A DNA stretch of 63,937 nucleotides, filler included, from Octopus bimaculoides (taxonomy: Eukaryota), in assembly GCF_001194135.2 (NCBI RefSeq). It is 8 parts of 6 records of this genome, joined end to end, with 100 filler letters (N's around TTAATTAATTAA, not from the genome) between each part and the next. Parts side by side here need not be neighbours in the genome. Positions count along the whole stretch, not along the records: positions 31,348 to 51,997 come from NC_068982.1; positions 52,098 to 63,937 come from NC_068982.1; 6 more parts are not named here. One strand, given 5' to 3'. The translations under genes were made by a program, and so were the position numbers. Below are positions 38,330-52,534 of this stretch, in pieces. Under the pieces are notes generated by a model that was given only the letters and a program-made list of their open reading frames with translations, searched no databases and was not told where the DNA came from. Position 1 is the stretch's first letter. The number at the start of each line of letters is the position of its first letter.

Positions 38330-38610
38330 TCTATAGGGCAGGCCTTCCTACGTCCGTGAACTTCATGCATTTAATTGTTTCTGTTAAACCTTTGTGCGTC
38401 ACCTTCTACAGAAAATACGTGAGCAGGGAGGGAATTTCAGGGTAGATGAGTTCTAAGAAGGAAAGACTGCATATAATGATTAGTGAGAGGTTGGCGGATA
38501 CAAGGGCAATGGAAAGAGAAGAGACGATTGGATCAGGAATGCCTTAATAGAGAGAGAAAGTAATGTCGTAGTTTAGGTACCGGTGTAATGTTGCCTGAAC
38601 AGGCGCATGG
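38330..38610 (-). pseudogene. CR1-like LINE 3' terminal fragment
   Basis: HYMQSFLLRT..P*NSLPAHVF, resembling the CR1 RT C-terminal SFFPRT..WNSLP motif. Confidence 0.55.
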
Positions 38611-40554
38611 TGTACCACAAGTTAGGTGTCGAAGTAATAGCAGAGCAACATGAAATGCAGTGTTTTCTTTAAGAACACAAGGCACAACTCAGTCCAGGAA
38701 TTGAAAGCAAATCTCGCGAACGTGAGTGTAACACCCTAACCAATAGGCCATGCACACTCATGATGTTATTTATAAGTTTATTAAACATCGTCTTTTAATA
38801 TATTTTTTTCACACCTGATCCCTCTTACGACGAGAAAATGATCCCACAGTGAGTGCCGATTAGCGGTGATTGCAACACGGTTTTGACATCTTCGTTTTCC
38901 GACCGACGTCGTTCTACTACTTACGAATTATCCATGCCAGACTAAACTTTCATTCCCGCCCCCCGGGAAAGAATGTTTATCATCCATTGATGTATATCTC
39001 TTAAGTATTAACAGTAAAGTCATTTACCCTAATTATTACATCTTATTATCTCACTTCCATGAAACAGAATATTTATGTAAACCATTCGCAGTATCTAATG
39101 ACATAGAAAGGAAGAAAAGAAAGAAAGAAAGGTGTTTAATGTGGTATAAAACTACTGTGTTAGAATGTAGGAAGGGGTTCTGTTTTTCTTTTTATGTGTA
39201 AATATATTCCTCTGTGAGGGATTTCTATAAGCTGCAGAACAGTGGTTCCCAACTATTCGTTGCTCAGTTATCCCCATTCACCGAATGGTGTTTTACAAAC
39301 CACCGCATTCTCAAAAATTCTCAAACTATTTTAACCAGGCAGAAATTCTAATTTTGTGCTGTGATATATTATTCGTGTTGGATCTTATCCATTTCATTTG
39401 CAGCGTCCGATGTAGTTCAAATATTCTGCACTGATATAGTTTGGTATGCTAATTATATAAATCACATATTTTCCTATATTACTCCTTTCAGCATTGCCGC
39501 CCATCACTTGCTTCTGATATATTTGCGTATATTAGAGCTCCCCTTGCAATTTTTATGGAAATTACTAAAGACACCAACAATATGGAACGAAATAGTATCA
39601 AACTTCAGCGAATTATCAATCATGTTTTTGCGCACTGATAAAGCATAATATCTTGCTTGTATTTTAATCCCAACAAAGGTTTTTTTCGAATGCGCTTGAA
39701 ACCGTAACTAGTTTAAATATTTTCTAAGAAACATCAAGACGCTTCTAAATCCTTAACAATCTCTATTCCTTCATAACACTTCCTAGACAATTATAGTTAT
39801 GGCAAGGAATCACTACTGTAGAATCATTACATTCAAATAAGCAGACGAAAAATAAGTTTTATTTGTTACGCTGGATTTAATAGAAACTAGTGAATTTGGA
39901 GTAAAATAGTTTTTGATATATCCTTCACAGAAAAAAAAAAAAAAGATTATATAAGGCGACGCAGACATGGCTGCTTGGTTGAGAAGTTTGTTTAGTAGTC
40001 ACGTCGTTGCAGATTTGATCCTACTCTGCGATACTTTGATCAAACGTTTCTCATCTCGTTTTGTTAGTGAATGTTTTGTAGATGGAAACTACGAGAAAAC
40101 ATATCGTGAGTGTGCGTGTGCATACATACATACATACATACATACACTTGCGCGCCCGCACACACATGTTTGTGTGCATGTATACGGGAAAATTTGTGAT
40201 TGTGTAAATTGGTGAAAATACCTTTCAAGTAAGTTAAATCATCAAAGAGAAGCAGTTTTCCAAAAGCGACGTAACTCACTGTGTAATCTACCGTTCTATG
40301 AATATAGGTTGATATGATAAATATCAGACTAAGTATTAGGATCGATATAGACAGAGGCTTGCTTCCCAACTACATGGTTCTGGGTTCACTCTCACTGCGT
40401 GGAACTTCTACTATAGCCTCGAGCCGATCAAAGCCTTGTGAGTGGATTTGGTAGAAGGAAACTGAAAGAAGCCCGAAGTAAATATGTGTGTGTATGTATG
40501 TGTGTGTGTTTCTGTGTGTGTGCATGTGTGTGTGTGTGTGTTTGTACCCCATCA

Positions 40555-41118
40555 CTACTCTTTTACTTGTTTCAGTCATTTGACTGCGGCCACGCTGGAG
40601 TACCGCCTTTAGTCGAGTAAATCTACCCCAGGAATTATTCTTTGGAAGCCTAGTACTTATTCTATCGGTCTCTTTTTGCCGAAGCGCTAAGTTATGGGGA
40701 CGTAAACACACCAGCATCGGTTGTCCAGCGATGGTGGGGGGGGGCAANNNNNNNNNNNNNNNNNNNNNNNNNNNNNNNNNNNNNNNNNNNNNNNNNNNNN
40801 NNNNNNNNNNNNNNNNNNNNNNNNNNNNNNNNNNNNNNNNNNNNNNNNNNNNNNNNNNNNNNNNNNNNNNNNNNNNNNNNNNNNNNNNNNNNNNNNNNNN
40901 NNNNNNNNNNNNNNNNNNNNNNNNNNNNNNNNNNNNNNNNNNNNNNNNNNNNNNNNATATATATATATATATACGACGGGCTTCTTTCAGTTTCCGTCTA
41001 CCAAATCCACTCACGAGGCTTTGTACAAAACACTTGCCCAAGGTGCCACACAGTGGGACTGAACCCGGAACCATGTGGTTGGTAAGCAAGCTACTTACCA
41101 CACAGCCATTCCTGCGCC
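40555..41118 (-). mobile_element. tRNA-derived SINE spanning a gap
   Basis: Head ggcgcaggaatggctgtgtggtaagtagcttgcttaccaaccacatggttccgggttcagtcccactg; tail ccagcgtggccgcagtcaaatgactgaaacaagtaaaag. Confidence 0.85.
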
Positions 41119-41399
41119 TACTTGACAATTGGTGTTTACGTCCCAGGTTATCCATAATCAGAGATACCTATGAATAAAGACATTCCTGTCATAACCATCC
41201 CGTGTGCATCAGTTACGCAGTGAATCAGCCGAGCCATTAGAACGTCGAATAGAATTCCTCGCCGTATTTGCTCCGATTTGTGTCCTGAGCTCAAATTCTA
41301 CCGAGATGTACTTGCTTGACATCGTCTCGGGCCTGATAAAAAAGAAGACCACTAATCTAGCGCGGTGGATTCGCGAAACTAAGATCGTCGGGTTAGGTG

Positions 41400-41700
41400 C
41401 CTAGCGGTATTTGCTCTTAGTGTTCTGGTCAACTATATCGTGTTTTTCATCAAGGTCTCGCACTATCTACACATTCAGTTTTTCCTTCCTGGAAAGTTGA
41501 CCTTTAGTAAATTCGTCTTATCGTTCTGTATGTGTGCCTTTTTTCACCTGATAATGTCTTCTTATAAGTTTGTAAGAAGGAACGTTAGCCGCATCGATAT
41601 TAGCATGTTGGCGTGTCTGCGAAAACCACGGGCACACTAAATTCCGTCAGACTGAACCAATACAAAACTATCTAAGACTTCAATATCCAATCAGTGTGTC
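41400..41700 (-). pseudogene. Possible highly decayed RTE-like LINE RT fragment
   Basis: EVLDSF and LSRKEKLNV..V remnants across frameshifts. Confidence 0.3.
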
Positions 41701-41722
41701 CTTTTTCAGAAAGGAAGAGTGC

Positions 41723-41754
<32 letters not shown>

Positions 41755-42704
41755 TGTATACATGGTAGGATATAATAATTTATTCCTTCTGATAAACCGT
41801 CTGGACATCGAAGAAATCCTAGAGTAATGCTCAGCTTGAACAACCAAAATAAATTTTATGCTTTAGAATAATGTTCTGGTTATCCTTTTAGAGAGTGAAA
41901 AATTTATAAGTTTATTTCCTTTATAATTTTTCTTCTTTTTTTAGCTTTCCAAATCAGCTATAGTTTCCAATTTTAAATAATTTTATTTATTATAAACGAA
42001 ACAGATGAATACCACAGGACCTCGGTTAACAAAAATATTGTGGTCGAACGATTATTAAACGGGGAACGGAAGTAAATTCTAAGGTTTCACTAAATAAATT
42101 TTAGAACTTCTTTACAAATACAATATCCTCCTATCATTGGAGGACATATGAATGCCAAAACTCTATTTATTTTGAAAATATTAATAGCTTAATGCAACAA
42201 CCTTCTCAAGACAAATTTATCGGGACTGAAGATTATTTTTTGTTACTCCATTTACAACGAGCGAGCCACAACATTTTTGCATGACTCGCTAGAAATAGCG
42301 ACCAAAGCTTAAAACGTAAGAAACAAAATACAGTGGATAATATACTCAGTTATCCAAAGGCTCTTTGAATTTGACAGGTTGGTAATGGTTAGAACGCACT
42401 GGTCTGTCTGCTCATTGCTAGCTTGTCTCTAAATAACAAACTACCCCTTCAGGTGCGCATCATCATGTAATTTGCATAAATACCAACATCGACTACCTGT
42501 ACGTAAATATTTTGGGGGACTGCCTCAACAGCTTGAGAAGACGACTACGTGAAATACAGTATATTCTTAGAGCTATAGTTTTTAATTATATCTTTGACCG
42601 AAGAAAATTTCAAAATTTTCTCCATTTATTTTTTTCGCAGATTAAACAATAGGGAAGAAAATGGTGTTAAGGTGTTGTCATTTATACCATACACACATAC
42701 ATGC

Positions 42705-42805
<101 letters not shown>

Positions 42806-42955
42806 CAGTAGAACCTCGCAGTACCATTGTACCAGTGCACAACTGTACGAATAATTTGCTGTATCTCAATGGGGAAAATTGATTTGTAAAATGAATACAT
42901 CGTAAGACGAGCTCGGTCATGGAACGAATTAAAGTCAAACTGTGAGGTATCACTG
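42806..42955. mobile_element. Pogo/Tigger-type MITE
   Basis: TIRs cagtagaacctcgcagt / cagtgatacctcacagt with TA flanks, next to (TAT)n. Confidence 0.8.
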
Positions 42956-43395
42956 TATATTTAGCAGAAGTAACAGAGTGACTCAAGGTCCGAGAGTTTC
43001 GTGCGTTGGCACTTATCAAACTACTTACAGTTTGAAGGTCTGTATTTATATAACTATTGACAAATGCGCACATATACATGCGCATATGTATAAATCTCTG
43101 CGTTTGTGTTTGTATACCTCGTCCCTACTATTGACATCTGGTGTTGGTCTATTTACGCCCCCTTAACTAGCGGTCCGATAAAAGAGGTCGACAGAATAAG
43201 TACAAAACTTTAAAATATAACTGCTGGGGTTGATTTGTTCGACTAAACCATTTGAGGCGGCGCCCCAGTATGGCCGTCGTCTAGTGATTGAAACAAGTAA
43301 AAAGCAAAAGGTAAATGATAGGTAAAAGAATTGATATATGTATATATCAGGTGCATGTGTATATATATGCATAACTATACATATGATTTATACAT

Positions 43396-43454
<59 letters not shown>

Positions 43455-44102
43455 CGTAGGTGTATGTGTATGCCTTGTCGTATAAATTTTGGCTATATTT
43501 CTTTTATGGTTTCACGATCAGAACGGTACTTGTTATGTTTTTATTTGTTAGTTTGTTTTTAAGGCAAACTCCGTCACTCCTTATACGGTGGCTTTCACTT
43601 ACACATCATCACGTTTATTTTCAAACAGTTTCTTGGAAAAATTACATCTCGATAGCCGAATTCCTCTCTGTTTGGTCTGGGAGTACCGAACACGCCCGAT
43701 CGCCATATTTGGTTGCGCCAGTTTCCTAGTGCGTTCTTAACAAGGATAGATAACTACAACTTTCTTACTTAACAAATAGACGGCAGCACTATCGAAAGAG
43801 AAGATTTACGACGTGAAAAGACGGGAATTATAGCAGAACATTAAAAAAGAAGTTTTGAGACACAACAAAATCTTTTTTTTATTACTAGTATTTGTTCACA
43901 CGTGCACATTCATGTAGATATGCAGAAAAGGGTAGCCAGGTGCATTTTCATATTGCACATAGTACACACATTTATATATGTATATGAACATATGTATGGT
44001 ATGCCTGCATTTGCGCGTGTGGGTGTGTGCGTGTGTAAGTGTGTGTGAATATATATACACAGACGTATACATACATAGATACGTAAGAATGTATTTGAAT
44101 GC

Positions 44103-44134
44103 ATCTATCTATCTATCTATCTGTCTATCTATCC

Positions 44135-44211
<77 letters not shown>

Positions 44212-44235
44212 ACTATCTATCTATCTATCTATCTA
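44103..44235. repeat. (ATCT)n microsatellite
   Basis: Direct reading. Confidence 0.95.
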
Positions 44236-44502
44236 CATACTCATGTACATATTCAATCATGTATANNNNNNNNNNNNNNNNNNNNNNNNNNNNNNNNNNN
44301 NNNNNNNNNNNNNNNNNNNNNNNNNNNNNNNNNNNNNNNNNNNNNNNNNNNNNNNNNNNNNNNNNNNNNNNNNNNNNNNNNNNNNNNNNNNNNNNNNNNN
44401 NNNNNNNNNNNNNNNNNNNNNNNNNNNNNNNNNNNNNNNNNNNNNNNNNNNNNNNNNNNNNNNNNNNNNNNNNNNNNNNNNNNNNNNNNNNNNNNNNNNN
44501 NN

Positions 44503-44544
<42 letters not shown>

Positions 44545-44734
44545 CTCACACACGCGCGCGCGCACACACACACACACACAAAATTCAAACATTCTCACAC
44601 ACAACACCTACTAAGCATACTCTGCTACGGATCTCTTATATTCTTCAGTGATATTTTTACCATCAAGAGCGCAACAAGAAACATAATACCTATTAATAAC
44701 CATTCTATTTCGAGTCACTTAACGAAATGATCAA

Positions 44735-45500
44735 ATAATGAGCTGGCAGTGGTGGCGGTGGGGCAGGTGTGGTGCCGGTAGCGGTCATAATTTGATGGTG
44801 CTGATTGTGGTAGTGACGATATGGTGGTGGTGATGTGATGATGTGATGGTGATAGTGATGGTGGTCTTAACGAAGGAAGTCGAGGTGATGATACTACTGA
44901 TGATGGTAATAGTAGTAGTAGTGATGTGATTGTATTAATGATGGTGGTGGTAGTGGTCGTGGTGGTGGTGGTGGTGTTGGTGCGGTTGGAGTTGGCGATG
45001 GTGATGATGGTGATAGCGGCGGAGGTGGTGATGGTGATGGTGGAGATAGTGATAGTGGTCATGGAGGTACTGTTAATAGAAGTGATGTGGTGATGGTGCT
45101 ATTGAAGGTGGTGGTGGTGGTGGTGGTGGTGGTGGTAGTTGTGGTGGAAACGGTGGAGGCAGTGACGATGCCTATGAAAGTAGGTGGTGAGGACTGTGGT
45201 GGCAATGGCGGAGGCGGTGATGATGCAAATAAAGGTAGTAGTGATATTGATGATGGTAGTGGTGATGATGGCATTAATGAAGGTGGTGAAGTGGATGATG
45301 ATGCCGATGGTGGCAGTGGGTGGTAGCAGTGATGAGGTGGAGGTGGTGATGGTGGTGGTGAAGAAGAATGTGTTGTTGATCGTTGTTGTGGCGGCGAAGT
45401 AATAATGAGGGTGAGAGTTGTGGTATGGGGTGGTATACAGGTATCGTTGTGGTATGATGTGGTAGATTATGCAGCAGTGGTGGAGGAAGTGTGGGGTGGC
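44735..45500. repeat. Degenerate (GGT/GAT)n low-complexity tract
   Basis: Mixed trinucleotide runs; ORF translations are poly-T/V/H with no domain. Confidence 0.9.
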
Positions 45501-46556
45501 TATAGAGACGACACGAGAAACCATGGATGTATGATTGTACCAGATTGCTGGTAAATGGCTCACAATTATTATCTATTAAAAACATCTTCAAATTCCATTA
45601 AAAATTCTCCTGTGGATAACGAAGCAGTTAAATATTTTGTCTTCTCTATTAACTGCCAAACTTCTTTATTTTATTTTAACTAACCTAACACCTTTATATG
45701 TAAATATATCTACATGTGGAATACAGCGGATTTTTGATAGGTAAACCTTAACTAGGGCTTTCTTTTACCCTATACCAGGTTGTTTAGTCCCAAATCGGTC
45801 CTGTTTGAGTAGAATAATGAACAAAACTGTTCACTCATGAAGTTATCATCTAGTTTTCAAACATAGAATATCTAAGACTACATTATCCAAATATATCCTT
45901 TCTTTTCCAAGGCAGTTGGGAGTAAGTTGTAGGCGATTTAGTTGTTTTTTTGTTTTTTCCTCAAAGGTCAACCGGCCATACAGAAATACCCTGGATGAAT
46001 TATGTTGTAAAGCAAACCACCTACCGATGTACTTATCGCCATAATTAAAAGAATTAGGTCGGATGTCGATAGTCGACTCCACCCCTCTATATGTACGAAA
46101 AACAAACTATCAAATGTAACTAAGTGGTGATAGAAACGTGTCAAGTTCTATACACCAGACTCAATGCATGAGGAATTCTTCGTCTCGTACAAAAAAAAAA
46201 AAAAGAAAAAAAGAAAAAAAAGGAGTGGGAGAGAAAGAGAAAGAGTTGTTGGGGAGGAAGCAGTATAAACTAGAAAGCTCAGAAAAAGAAGGTTGAATAA
46301 AGTGTGGTGTTATTGTTTTTAGGTTTCATTTTGTTATTGCATTCAACCCGGATGTATTTCAGTGCGTCTTGACCGTGAACTCATTGATAGAAGCGTTTTG
46401 TATCAGTTTTAAACGATTGATTGTTAATGTTAATGATCTCAGTCAATCTTTATTCAACAGATATATGACACACTGATCGAACTTAGGCGGCTCGATCCAC
46501 TGATCCAACAGCGTCGGGACTTCAATAAAATGAAAGTATTTTTCTTGTGCAAAGTA

Positions 46557-46710
46557 CCGTATTTGATGACATAAAAGACGCACCTCAGTTTCAGCAGCGC
46601 ATATTCAGGAAAAGAAGATTTTAGAGCATTGCCTAATTTCGCATAAAATTTTGAGACATTTGTGGGTGGTGCGGAGAGAAGGTGCGTCTTATATGCCATA
46701 AAAAAAAATG
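46557..46710. mobile_element. Degenerate pogo-type MITE
   Basis: ccgtatttgatgacataaaagacgcacc versus ggtgcgtcttatatgccataaa. Confidence 0.5.
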
Positions 46711-46998
46711 AAAATGAAAGATGAAAAGTGAAAGTTTTATGAATTTTTTAATACAAACTTTGGATGTTTCTAAATTGTTTAAACAGTTTTTCAAAGACGC
46801 TATCATCATTTCCATCGCTGACATTGACATCAGCATTTCAAATGAATTTCACGCAGGTCGTGTAATAATAGTGTATGAGATCGATGGCTAGTAGCTTTCC
46901 TTGGAAATTTTTTCTGTTTGCAATGGTGATTTCTTGTAGCAACCTTTTGTTCCACCACCATAAATACCTTTGCAAACCAGTGTTTGGACCCATTTGAT

Positions 46999-47561
46999 GG
47001 ATCTATTTTAAAACGGGGACCACATTTTTCATTAATGTTTTACGTAGTGTTTTTGGTACTGAAAGACTTTCAAACTTCGTATATTTATCTATTTTGTGTT
47101 ATAGAACAGAAAAATATTTTTGTATTCGAATTTATTTCATGTAAAAAATTGTCTTATTTCGATAATTTCAACCAATCACTGACAAGTATTCAGTTGTTTA
47201 TATTTACTCCTTTGGCTGATTAAGCGATGTAAAGCGTATTTAATCTCCATACCTTCGTTTTATTTGCTTTTTTCATTTTAAATTTGCTTTAACCCTAACC
47301 GTAGGGTTAGGGTTAGGGTTAATTGTTTCAGAATCGTTTGTTTATGTAGTCGGCACTTAATGTATATCGGCTGAATGGACGTCAGTGATTGGTTGAAATT
47401 ACAGAAATACGACAACTTCAACATGGAATAACTTATGGATTTCTTTTTTTTTTTAAGAAGACTAAGAGAAAAAGATGTTTTATATGACACATTCTACCAG
47501 TGTTCCAAGTTTCAAAGTGTTTTGTTAATGAAAAATGTGGCCCCCGTTTTAAAAAAGATCC
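46999..47561. mobile_element. Foldback non-autonomous DNA transposon with 8-bp TSD
   Basis: GGATCT...AGATCC termini, ~190-bp imperfect TIRs, CATTTGAT duplicated at 46991-46998 and 47562-47569. Confidence 0.9.
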
Positions 47562-47569
47562 CATTTGAT

Positions 47570-47783
47570 TCCTATATTACTCAGACGGGCCTTCATAACC
47601 ATTTGTTGTTTTAAAAAATTCTCTTATACTCTATAATGAAATATTATTAGGAATTGTATCTAAAAAATTGTTAAAATGTGTTGTGTATTGTAGAAGTATA
47701 ACCAATTTATTGCACATTAATTTTAACAACAAAATTTTATATGGACCCCCAAGGATCATATGGACCCTGGTTGAGAACCACTG
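47570..47783. mobile_element. hAT-like element remnant (host of the foldback insertion)
   Basis: Ends ggttgagaaccactg, the reverse complement of a CAGTGGTTCTCAACC hAT-type TIR. Confidence 0.55.
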
Positions 47784-47970
47784 CTCTAGACAATCTATGT
47801 CTTTAGTAAGACTCGTCTCGTCTTTACAACCAGAAGAAAGTCGAATGTAATAAAGTAGGCCTTAATTTTCAAGAGAAGTTGCCGTTAATCGTTGTTTCTT
47901 TTAAGAACACCGTGTAGATTTGGATAGTTTATAGCCATGTTTTGTTGACATAGGCTATGAATATAGTCAC

Positions 47971-48019
<49 letters not shown>

Positions 48020-48588
48020 GCACACATCGTTGAGAACGTCATACTGGATGCGTTAAAGTACCGGCACGGTATTCTACTGTGTGCTATTCTTCAGTTCTTT
48101 AATGATTTCCTTTTGTAGTAGAACACTATCAGTCTTTGGCTCAACACTTTTCATATGTCAATACTTTTAACTTTCATAAGGCTTTCAAAACGAAAAGGCG
48201 CCAATCTATCTGCACAGTTACAACAGCTCAGAACCAGCGGTTATAAATCATATGGAATTAGTGTGACAGTGTGGATATGTTACAACCTCTCCAATATCCA
48301 GTTTATTTCTGTACTCCCATAGATTCTTGCGACCACAGCGGAGAGAGGTTAGTAGATTCAGGCAGAGTACGACAGTTGTTCCTCGCACTTATTATCGGTC
48401 GTGTTACATCACAGTATAGTTGTTAGGGCTGGTGACGCTATGGATGTTACAAATATAGATATATGTTCCTTTTTATGTTTGTCAGTGCCGAGTAGGAGAA
48501 ATAATATCTCTAGAGTGTTGTTGTAGTAAGGGTGGTGTATATGCGAGTGGGTTTCTGTAGGTGATTTTTCATTTAGTANNNNNNNNNN

Positions 48589-49651
48589 CGGATGACTTAA
48601 GACACGCACGTACTGCATCAGCTTTAGTCCCCTTGTGAATAACTGGCAGTGTTTGCCTGAAGTCCCCTGAAAGAAGAAGTGTTATGCCTCCCATGGGAGC
48701 CGTAGAGTCTTTGATGTCTCTCAGAGATCTATCTAGCGCCTCAAGAGCACCTCTATGGGTCATTGTGCATTCATCCCAAACGATAAGCTTGCATCGTCTG
48801 AACACTTCTGCCTGATCGGAGCTGTTACTGATGTTGCAAATTGGTGTCTCAGTCTTTGCTAAGTCAAGCGGAAGCTTGAAAGTGGAGTGAGCTGTCCTGC
48901 CGCCTGGCAACAAAGCAGCCGCAATTCCAGATGATTCCACAGCTAAGGCAATGCCTTGTGTTCGCCTAATCTCAGCCAATATTAATTTTGTGACAAAAGT
49001 TTTGCCAGTGCCCCCAGGAGCGTCGGGGAAAAAAATCCCCCCAGCTTTGTCCTGGACAGAATTAATAACGGAATTGTAAGCGAACTTCTGTTCTGGAAGG
49101 AGCTTTGGCTCATTCTCCGCTATGTACTGGGCAAGTTCGTCAACATTATAACATGTCTCACGCATCAAATCCGAAGACAGTGTGTTTGCGCCTTCCCGGT
49201 TTATTGAAGGTAGGCCATACACCGCCAACGCTCTACCGCCCATATTGAGAACAGTATCTTCGATTTCAAGCAGCGCCCTGTTGTAAATGAGGTCACTGTA
49301 CCCGACCGACCTCCATTGATGGATTTAGCAACTGAGCCTGACGCAGGAAATCTTCAGACATATAATCTTTGTAGGTAAGCCATAAAGAAGCGGGGTCACC
49401 CAAGTCGCACCATAGGAGTAGAATAGCGAAAAGCGATCTTAGTCTTTTAGGGAATTTTGACAAAACGCCCTCCGCCATAGTGGCGCCCCATTGTGAATCG
49501 TCCTCCAAAAGTTCACGCCTGAAGCAGGCTTCCCAGAAAGTGTCACATAATTCATCGTCAACAGTTCTTATGTTTTGAAAGCTTTGTGGGCCGAAAACGT
49601 CATGGAGGAGAAGGCGCAGGTGAAAACACTCATGTTGGTTGGGAGGTACAG
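48589..49651 (-). pseudogene. Helitron Rep/Helicase fragment (PIF1 helicase domain)
   Basis: ECFHLRLLL..V.GPQSF, LRSLFA.LL, DAPGGTGKTF, SSGIAA.LL.GGRTAHSTFKLP, IVWDEC, GDFRQ.LPV; both ends in gaps. Confidence 0.92.
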
Positions 49652-49913
49652 NNNNNNNNNNNNNNNNNNNNNNNNNNNNNNNNNNNNNNNNNNNNNNNNN
49701 NNNNNNNNNNNNNNNNNNNNNNNNNNNNNNNNNNNNNNNNNNNNNNNNNNNNNNNNNNNNNNNNNNNNNNNNNNNNNNNNNNNNNNNNNNNNNNNNNNNN
49801 NNNNNNNNNNNNNNNNNNNNNNNNNNNNNNNNNNNNNNNNNNNNNNNNNNNNNNNNNNNNNNNNNNNNNNNNNNNNNNNNNNNNNNNNNNNNNNNNNNNN
49901 NNNNNNNNNNNNN

Positions 49914-49939
<26 letters not shown>

Positions 49940-49946
<7 letters not shown>

Positions 49947-50133
49947 ATCTGCTTTTTATAGATAAGATTTCGTAATTGGGAGTTATTTTGACCGAAGAAA
50001 TGACCCTATAACCCAAGTTATGGTATTTAGTATATTAATTTCGATTTTTTCATCCACAAAATTTGGAACTGTGTAAATGTATAAATTTTAAACATGCATA
50101 CACACAGAGAAAATCTGCCTTTTATAGATAAGA
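49940..50133 (-). repeat. Two copies of a ~30-bp Helitron-5'-end-like motif
   Basis: Minus strand atcttatctataaaa(a/g)gcagat at ~49968 and ~50133. Confidence 0.5.
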
Positions 50134-50716
50134 TAAATATTTGGGTGTTACATTGAGATAATCGAAAAGCTATATATATATGCTTTCTCTCTCTCTCTCT
50201 CCTCGTTCTCTTTTATTTTAGTAATAATTCATTTTGAGCTATTCAGCTGCTCTAGATGTTTCATGGTTGGCAACAGGAGAAATGGGGTGTTTCGATGTTC
50301 ATTTTTTTTTAATGTTAATTCTTCCATTCTTTTATTTCATTCAGTCATTGAACTGCGGCTCATCGCGGGAATACACAACTTTCACCTTTTTTACTTGTCA
50401 ACTCAGAGAGGTAAATTCTTTTGCTCTTTCTATTCCCTTCTATCATCCGTCTTCTAGCTGTCACTCACCGATGGGCTTAACTACCTACAGAATGGATAAT
50501 AGAACTAAACCTAATCTGTGTATAACAACAATTCGAAGTTCTAACTTACATTGTATCTATATAATAAATGCCATATCAACTAATATTTTTCTTCCTATTT
50601 ATTACGTATTATCATTACAATATGTAAGTATGTATGTATGTATGTATGTATGTATCTATCTATCTATCTATCTACACAGACACAGACACATACACACGCA
50701 CACACACACGCATACA

Positions 50717-50756
<40 letters not shown>

Positions 50757-50913
50757 TAAGCGCACACGCGTATATAAATTTATATATGTAATATATATAT
50801 GTGAGCGTGTGTGTGTGTGTGTGCATTAGATGTGCGATACCAGCTGCAATAAACATAAAAAATCTCTTGCCCATCGGTACTGAGTAGGTTTGAACATCTT
50901 GTGTGTACGTACG

Positions 50914-50948
<35 letters not shown>

Positions 50949-51062
50949 TCTCTCTCTCTCTCTCTCTATGTGCGTGTACACATACATAAATATATACATA
51001 AATACATATACATACACCACACACACTCACCTCTCTCTCACTCTCCCCTCTCTCTCTCTCTC

Positions 51063-51116
<54 letters not shown>

Positions 51117-51963
51117 TATATATATATGCATATATATATATGTATATATATGCATATATATATTTGTATATATATATATATATATATATATACGCACATA
51201 CATACATACATACATACATACATACATACATACATACATACATACATACGCACTTATATTTTATACATACATACATCCACATATGCATGCATACACACAT
51301 ATCTTCCCGGCTGTCGTCGACTGTTATCTAAGCACGCTAACCTTATCTTAATTAGTTAAATGAAGATTACAAGCCCATCTATGTTGCCCCCTCTCCTCCG
51401 TCTCTAGATCGTTTGATGTATATAAGTTGTCAGAAATATGGTTCACTTTACCATTTATTTAGTTTTGCTCTATTTTCTATCTTCCTTCTTAACTATCGCT
51501 TATTTCAAATGGATGTGCGAACTGAAGGTAAAAATAGCATTTCCAGTGATAAGCGATGAGATTTAGCTGTCGTTGTTTATAATGCAAGGTCAGAACTGAT
51601 TGGTAGACCAAAAGCGTTCCAGTTATGCCCATCCTAGGTGATTTTTTTTTCTCTTTCGAACCCTAGGACGCACAAGGCTGGTTACTCAGTTTCCATGGCG
51701 TACAAGTGACCGAGATCACAACACTACCCCTCACCCTGAGGGTTCGAGGCTAAGAGTATTGAGGGTGGGGCAGGTCGGTTAATTCTAGTCCTTGACCTCT
51801 AAATGGGTGAAAAACAGAGTTGATCGTGACAAGATTTGAACACAGAACGAAAAAAATGCTGCTAATCATTTTGTCCGATGAGTTAACGATTCCGCAAGCT
51901 CGCTGCCTCCAGCTGATTTAGAAACATTTTTTTATCCAGGATTATAGATTCTCTCAACAATGC

Positions 51964-51997
<34 letters not shown>

Positions 51998-52098
51998 NNN
52001 NNNNNNNNNNNNNNNNNNNNNNNNNNNNNNNNNNNNNNNNNTTAATTAATTAANNNNNNNNNNNNNNNNNNNNNNNNNNNNNNNNNNNNNNNNNNNNC

Positions 52099-52430
52099 GA
52101 GATACTGCAGCAGCCTCGGTTTCAGAGGACCTCGGCTCTTCAATGCCCTGCCAAAACATTTGAGAGACATGCAAGACATGGATGCGGAGGTCTTCAAGAC
52201 AAAACTTGACGCTTTCCTCTCCACGATACCAGACGAACCAATGGCTCGTAATGAGACGCAGTTTAGGGCAGCTGTGTCAAATTCTCTTATACACCAGATG
52301 TGCCATCAAAACTCTTGATTGGACCATGTCAGGTGGGGGAGAAGAGCCATGCAAGGAACGTGAAAATCACGGTGGTGCACCAGCATGACCGCAGCCACTT
52401 GGCTGAAACACATAAATAAATAAATAAATC
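52099..52430 (+). mobile_element. CR1-group LINE 3' end with (TAAA)n tail
   Basis: SLGFRGPRLFNALPKHLRD...FKTKLDAFLSTIPDEP, followed by 3'UTR and taaa repeats. Confidence 0.88.
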
Positions 52431-52534
52431 AACAAAAGGGTATTTTTGTTTGCATATATGTATGTGCAGATTTGTATGTTTTATGTATGTATTCTCATGC
52501 ATAGAGTTACATATCTAGACATGCTCATATCTAT

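Noticed and set aside
44715-45591. Thr/His/Val-rich ORFs
   Set aside because: Translations of degenerate trinucleotide repeats.
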